Source: Tubulanus polymorphus
Taxonomy: Eukaryota > Animalia > Nemertea
Assembly: GCF_964204645.1 (NCBI RefSeq)
Contig: NC_134035.1
Coordinates: 2,046,001-2,110,000, forward strand
Length of the DNA: 64,000 nucleotides
Reading direction: 5' to 3'
Part shown: positions 59,815-64,000 of the stretch, piece by piece
Layout: each line of letters opens with the position of its first letter
Position numbering within the stretch: position 1 is the first letter of the stretch
Program-made: the position numbers and the translations under genes
Notes under the pieces: model-generated
The model's input: only the letters and a program-made list of their open reading frames with translations
Told to the model about the DNA's origin: nothing
Database searches by the model: none

Positions 59815-60775
59815 GCTCTGCTATCATTTACCGTCAACGCGCGGTGGTCATCTAACCCTGCGATCAACTCAGTACTGTCAACTCAAACTGCGGTCAACGC
59901 TACTCTCAGCTAAATGTCGACTCAATGGTCAGATCTAATGTCAACTCTATCTTGGAGTCATTCAGTCTTATTACTCCACCAACATTCAACGGTCAACTGG
60001 GCAAACAACTCAAGCAAATCAGGTAATTATCTTTCTCATCACTTCTCACTTTAAAATTTGTAGTTTTGTGTAATATTTTGATGTGTTTGAAATCTGTATT
60101 TATATTTTGTTTTATCATTTCAGTTTCTCCAATTTGCTGTTGTTACTATGAACCGGAAAACACTGCTTCGCAAAAACAACGTCGTACAGTGTGAACAAAT
60201 CTGATCAATCAAAATCCACTATATTGCTATCAGTTGCATCTCGTGGACAGTATCGCTATCAGTTGCGTCTCTTGGACGGTATCGCTATCAGTTGCGTCTC
60301 GTGGACGGTATCGCTATCAGTTGCATCTCGTGGACGGTATCGCTATCAGTTCCATCAACTGGACAAACAACTCAAGCAAATCAGGTAAATATTACTTTCT
60401 CATAATTCCTTGTATTCGAATTACTTTATAGATTTGTAACATTTTCATTGGATTGAAATCTATATTCATATTTTGATTATTTTGTTGTTTTTCAGTTTCT
60501 ACAATTTGCTGCTGTTATGATATGGGACAGTCGAAGCGCAAAGTCAACACTGCGCATATATTAGTAACTGTCAACTTGCTCGATGGTCAATTCAAATCTA
60601 CGGTCAACTGGACAAACAACTCAAGCAAATCAGGTAAATATTACTTTCTCATAATTCCTTGTATTCGAATTACTTTGTAGCTTTGTAATATTTTGATCGG
60701 ATTGAAATCTATATTTATATTTTGATTATTTTGTTGTTTTTCAGTTTCTACAATTTGCTGCTGTTATGATATGAA
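59815..60775 (+). repeat. Second, short copy of the 29-mer/intron cassette (4 repeats) plus a repeat-less unit
   Basis: Intron-like segments at 60023-60123 (101 nt), 60385-60495 and 60634-60744 (111 nt). The unit 60496-60633 has no 29-mer array. Confidence 0.9.
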
Positions 60776-61634
60776 CTGTAAAGCAGGATGTGCCGAACAG
60801 AGTGAAAAATTGCATTCAGAAAAAAATGTACCAAACCTATGTGATTACAAAACATCAATCTTGCGATGTAAAGTAACATGGAAACAATTCGATCTATCGA
60901 AACATCAGGTTTGCTGTTATCAGTCAAGAGACTATCTGATATAAATGCGTGAGAGTCACCTGCTATGCTATCCAGTCTTACGGGACCGTCTCATACAATG
61001 CGATATCGAGTATGAAAGTTGAATGATACCCACAGCGAAAAGGCTTATATGATACAATACGTCATGTTCATCAGTAACAAAGAAACGAGACGAACTGAGT
61101 TGAGACACCAAGGATCAAGTAACCTGCTATCTGTCATGGATCCAGTAACCCGCTATCTGTCATAGGGCTGTCGTATATAGTCCAATACGTCACGATCGCG
61201 AGTAATAACGAAACAGGTCGAATCACAAACGTTCCAGTGCACAAATTACTCGCTAGCGTTCCTTCTCGCTTGCGATCTCGAGATATTTTCCAGAAAGAAA
61301 AATTTGGTTGAAAGTGTACGTTGTTTAATCGGGTAGTGGAAGGAGTTAAAGGAGCTGAATCGCCTCGTTCGTTCGTTCGTTACTACGTTTGGTTACTTCG
61401 CGTAATTAGACTCGTTTTAAAATTCGTAAACGCTTCATCGACGATGACGACAACTTCACCAACGACGACTACAGGATTTTAGTGGTTGAAAAATATTTGT
61501 ATTCGAAAAAAAAAAAACTTGGATTGATATTTTAGATGATTAGAAAATAAATTGTAGGAAACATAAAGAGAGATATGTTAAACATAAAACATATTTTGAG
61601 AAACCTAAAAGATTACATTATAGCTTGAATTATC

Positions 61635-61790
61635 GAAAAAATATATTATTGTAAGAAAAGAAAAAATATATTATTGTAAGAAAAGAAAAAATAAATTGTA
61701 AGAAAAGAAAAAATATATTATTGTAAGAAAAGAAAAAATATATTATTGTAAGAAAGGAAAAAATATATTATTGTAAGAAAAGAAAAAAAA
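61635..61790. repeat. A-rich ~25-nt minisatellite (aaaaatatattattgtaagaaaaga)n
   Basis: Directly visible, ~5-6 copies. Confidence 0.85.
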
Positions 61791-62924
61791 ATTTCTAAGA
61801 AAATAAGGCATAAATATCTTAGACAATTAGAAAAGAATATTGTGAAGAAGCAGTTGAATTAACAGATTTGAATAATACAAACATAAATCGAATACCGGGT
61901 AGTTAACAGTTGAGTCAAGTTTAGAATAATTTAGTGCAGGTTTATATGTGATATTTGATAAGTCACTGAAATAGGATTTAGACAAACGTAGATGAATTAC
62001 TGAACTGTTGATCTGTCAATAATTTGAGTTTAGAGATTGTTAGGATATTTGGTGAATAATTGAATTGTAAATCAGTAAATTTTAGAAGTTAGAATATTTA
62101 TTATGATGGACTGGACATAGAAAAATTAAGTATTGATTGATAAGTGAATAACTGAAAAAAAACTGAATTGTCGAATTATGAATACGATTCTATTCAAGAG
62201 ATTGATTTAAAGCGTTTCATGTTGTTTTAGTGTGGTTGAATATCTATCAAATAATCTTTAATGTTTGATCGAAGTTGATTGACTTTAATTCTTGAGTCGA
62301 TCGGTGAAAAACTGCTGAAAAATGAAGAAACCTAGATAGAGTAATAGAAATTTTGAATAGACTATAGAAATCTATGGTATAGATATTTCATTGAAAAGGA
62401 GATTATGAATTACTTGTGTGATGTTTGTGTTGGTCGAAAAATGTTTTGTAGCTGTAAGAAAAGAGTTGACAAAAATTCTGATAAACACAGTGATATACGA
62501 TTAAAACTGTAAAATGAAGAAATAGAATAATCATTGAAAGAAATTTTGATACAGATTTTGATAAACTGTTGTGCGTGAAAATATAGGAAACATTTTTGTG
62601 AAACAAATAGATTTAGATACTGTGTTAAACAGTGTTAAACCATGAAGGAAGAAATCTGATGATTTTGAAATATTCCTGTTTTTCCAGTGGTGTGGCATAA
62701 ATAGATTTAAATGCGGAAGAACTATGATGATTTTTGTGATTATGAAACATTCCCGTTTTTCTTGTTGTAAGAATTTTCCTCAGTTAAGGTTTCAAGGTCA
62801 GGTTACGAAAGTCCGCATAGGAATATGGTTTAGGTTACAAGAATAAGATATAGAACAGTGAGGTGATTTTGTTGAAAAATGTTACTATTTTGTGAATTGC
62901 ATTCCGTGCCACTAGATATTTTCA

Positions 62925-62928
62925 TATA

Positions 62929-62973
<45 letters not shown>
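62925..62973. repeat. (TA)n microsatellite
   Basis: Directly visible. Confidence 0.95.
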
Positions 62974-62976
<3 letters not shown>

Positions 62977-64000
62977 CTGATATATAATTACTCAGGTTGT
63001 TCAAGCGATAAAATAGAAGTATTTGATGTGGAAATATACGATGAATTTTGTGTGATTTTTCTTGTGGTACAGAAAGATCTTGATAAACTGTTGTATAATG
63101 AATACAGTTATATCAAAACCGTAAAGGGAAAAATTTGATGATTCTGAAACATTCCTGTTTTTCTAGTGGCTTGATGTTGAAATATTATGATTGTGTTTTT
63201 GTGATTGTGAAACATTTCCAGTTTTTCACAGTCCAGGTTTGTCTAGGTTACAAAGATAAAACTTATAAAAATCGTGAGGGTGATTTTGTTGGAAGATTTT
63301 ATCAGTATTTTGTGATTTGCACTGATACTGATGATGGTTACTCGGGTTATATATTCAATCTATTAAATAGAAACTAGCAGTGATAATAAATAGCTACTCG
63401 CGATTTCATATGATCTCATTTTTATAATATGTTAAACAGGCAAAGTCTAATTAAGTCATGTAAACTTTGTATGTTTTCATTGAAGAGTTAGAGTGTATAT
63501 AATTTTGAACACGATTACATATAAACATGTGTGTTCTAAAAATGTAGATAGAGATGTATTTATATGTTTAAATTCATTTGGAAAAACATGACCTTTTATG
63601 ATTGTTTGATATTTGTTGTTTGTTCATTTGGATTTTTGTTCTCAAAACAGGATTTTATTTGTGAACAGCAGAAGGTGAAAAATGAATGAAAGAGGATAAA
63701 AGCCAATAGCTATGAATTTCTTTTTATTCATTGGTTTTATCTTGGAAAAGTGAAGAAAGAAGATGTAACTCCAGCACTTCGGGATATAGACCCCAAGCAC
63801 CTCCCTTCTCTATAGAGCTTATTCTGAATTTCCTCTCCCTTGTTGATCTATGGTGAACTGGTTGAAATGTTTAAAGTGAAAAAAAAATATAATGCTAAAA
63901 CCATTTTGAACAGAAGAGTAGTTAAAACCAGATCGCCAAGATCATTCCATTACTCGCCTACCATTTACATGGTAAATGGGGAAAAATAATTTTGTTAATC

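Overview
AT-rich eukaryotic (invertebrate animal) genomic DNA with spliceosomal GT-AG introns and many transposon relics. Most ORF-track entries are artefacts of repeats. 0-4.5 kb: a 5'-truncated L2/CR1-type LINE end, an intronless rhodopsin-class GPCR broken by one in-frame stop, a GATA/GACA microsatellite and a decayed Penelope-like GIY-YIG element. 5-15 kb: MITEs, duplications and a CpG-rich promoter-like patch. 15.8-39.1 kb: the main discovery, missed by the ORF track. It is a + strand gene I reconstructed by hand from splice signals: about 46 coding exons, 41 consecutive phase-0/0 internal exons, and 39 of those are micro-exons of 24-54 nt. It encodes a ~760-800 aa, mostly low-complexity, apparently nuclear protein with a putative KH-like fold and motif-sized exons. 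Parts of it were expanded by 1.7-kb and 0.64-kb tandem duplications. Two antisense minimal hammerhead ribozymes lie in one of its introns. 40-46 kb: a foldback-like element and a scrambled inverted mosaic of paralogous exons whose mostly synonymous divergence supports the gene model. 46-61 kb: a series of different repeat modules (39-nt hairpin satellite, 28-mer, 72-mer, and a 29-mer array partitioned by 12 copies of an intron-like GT-AG segment) that looks like a spliced, repeat-built non-coding RNA locus. All gene models are manual inferences without transcript data.
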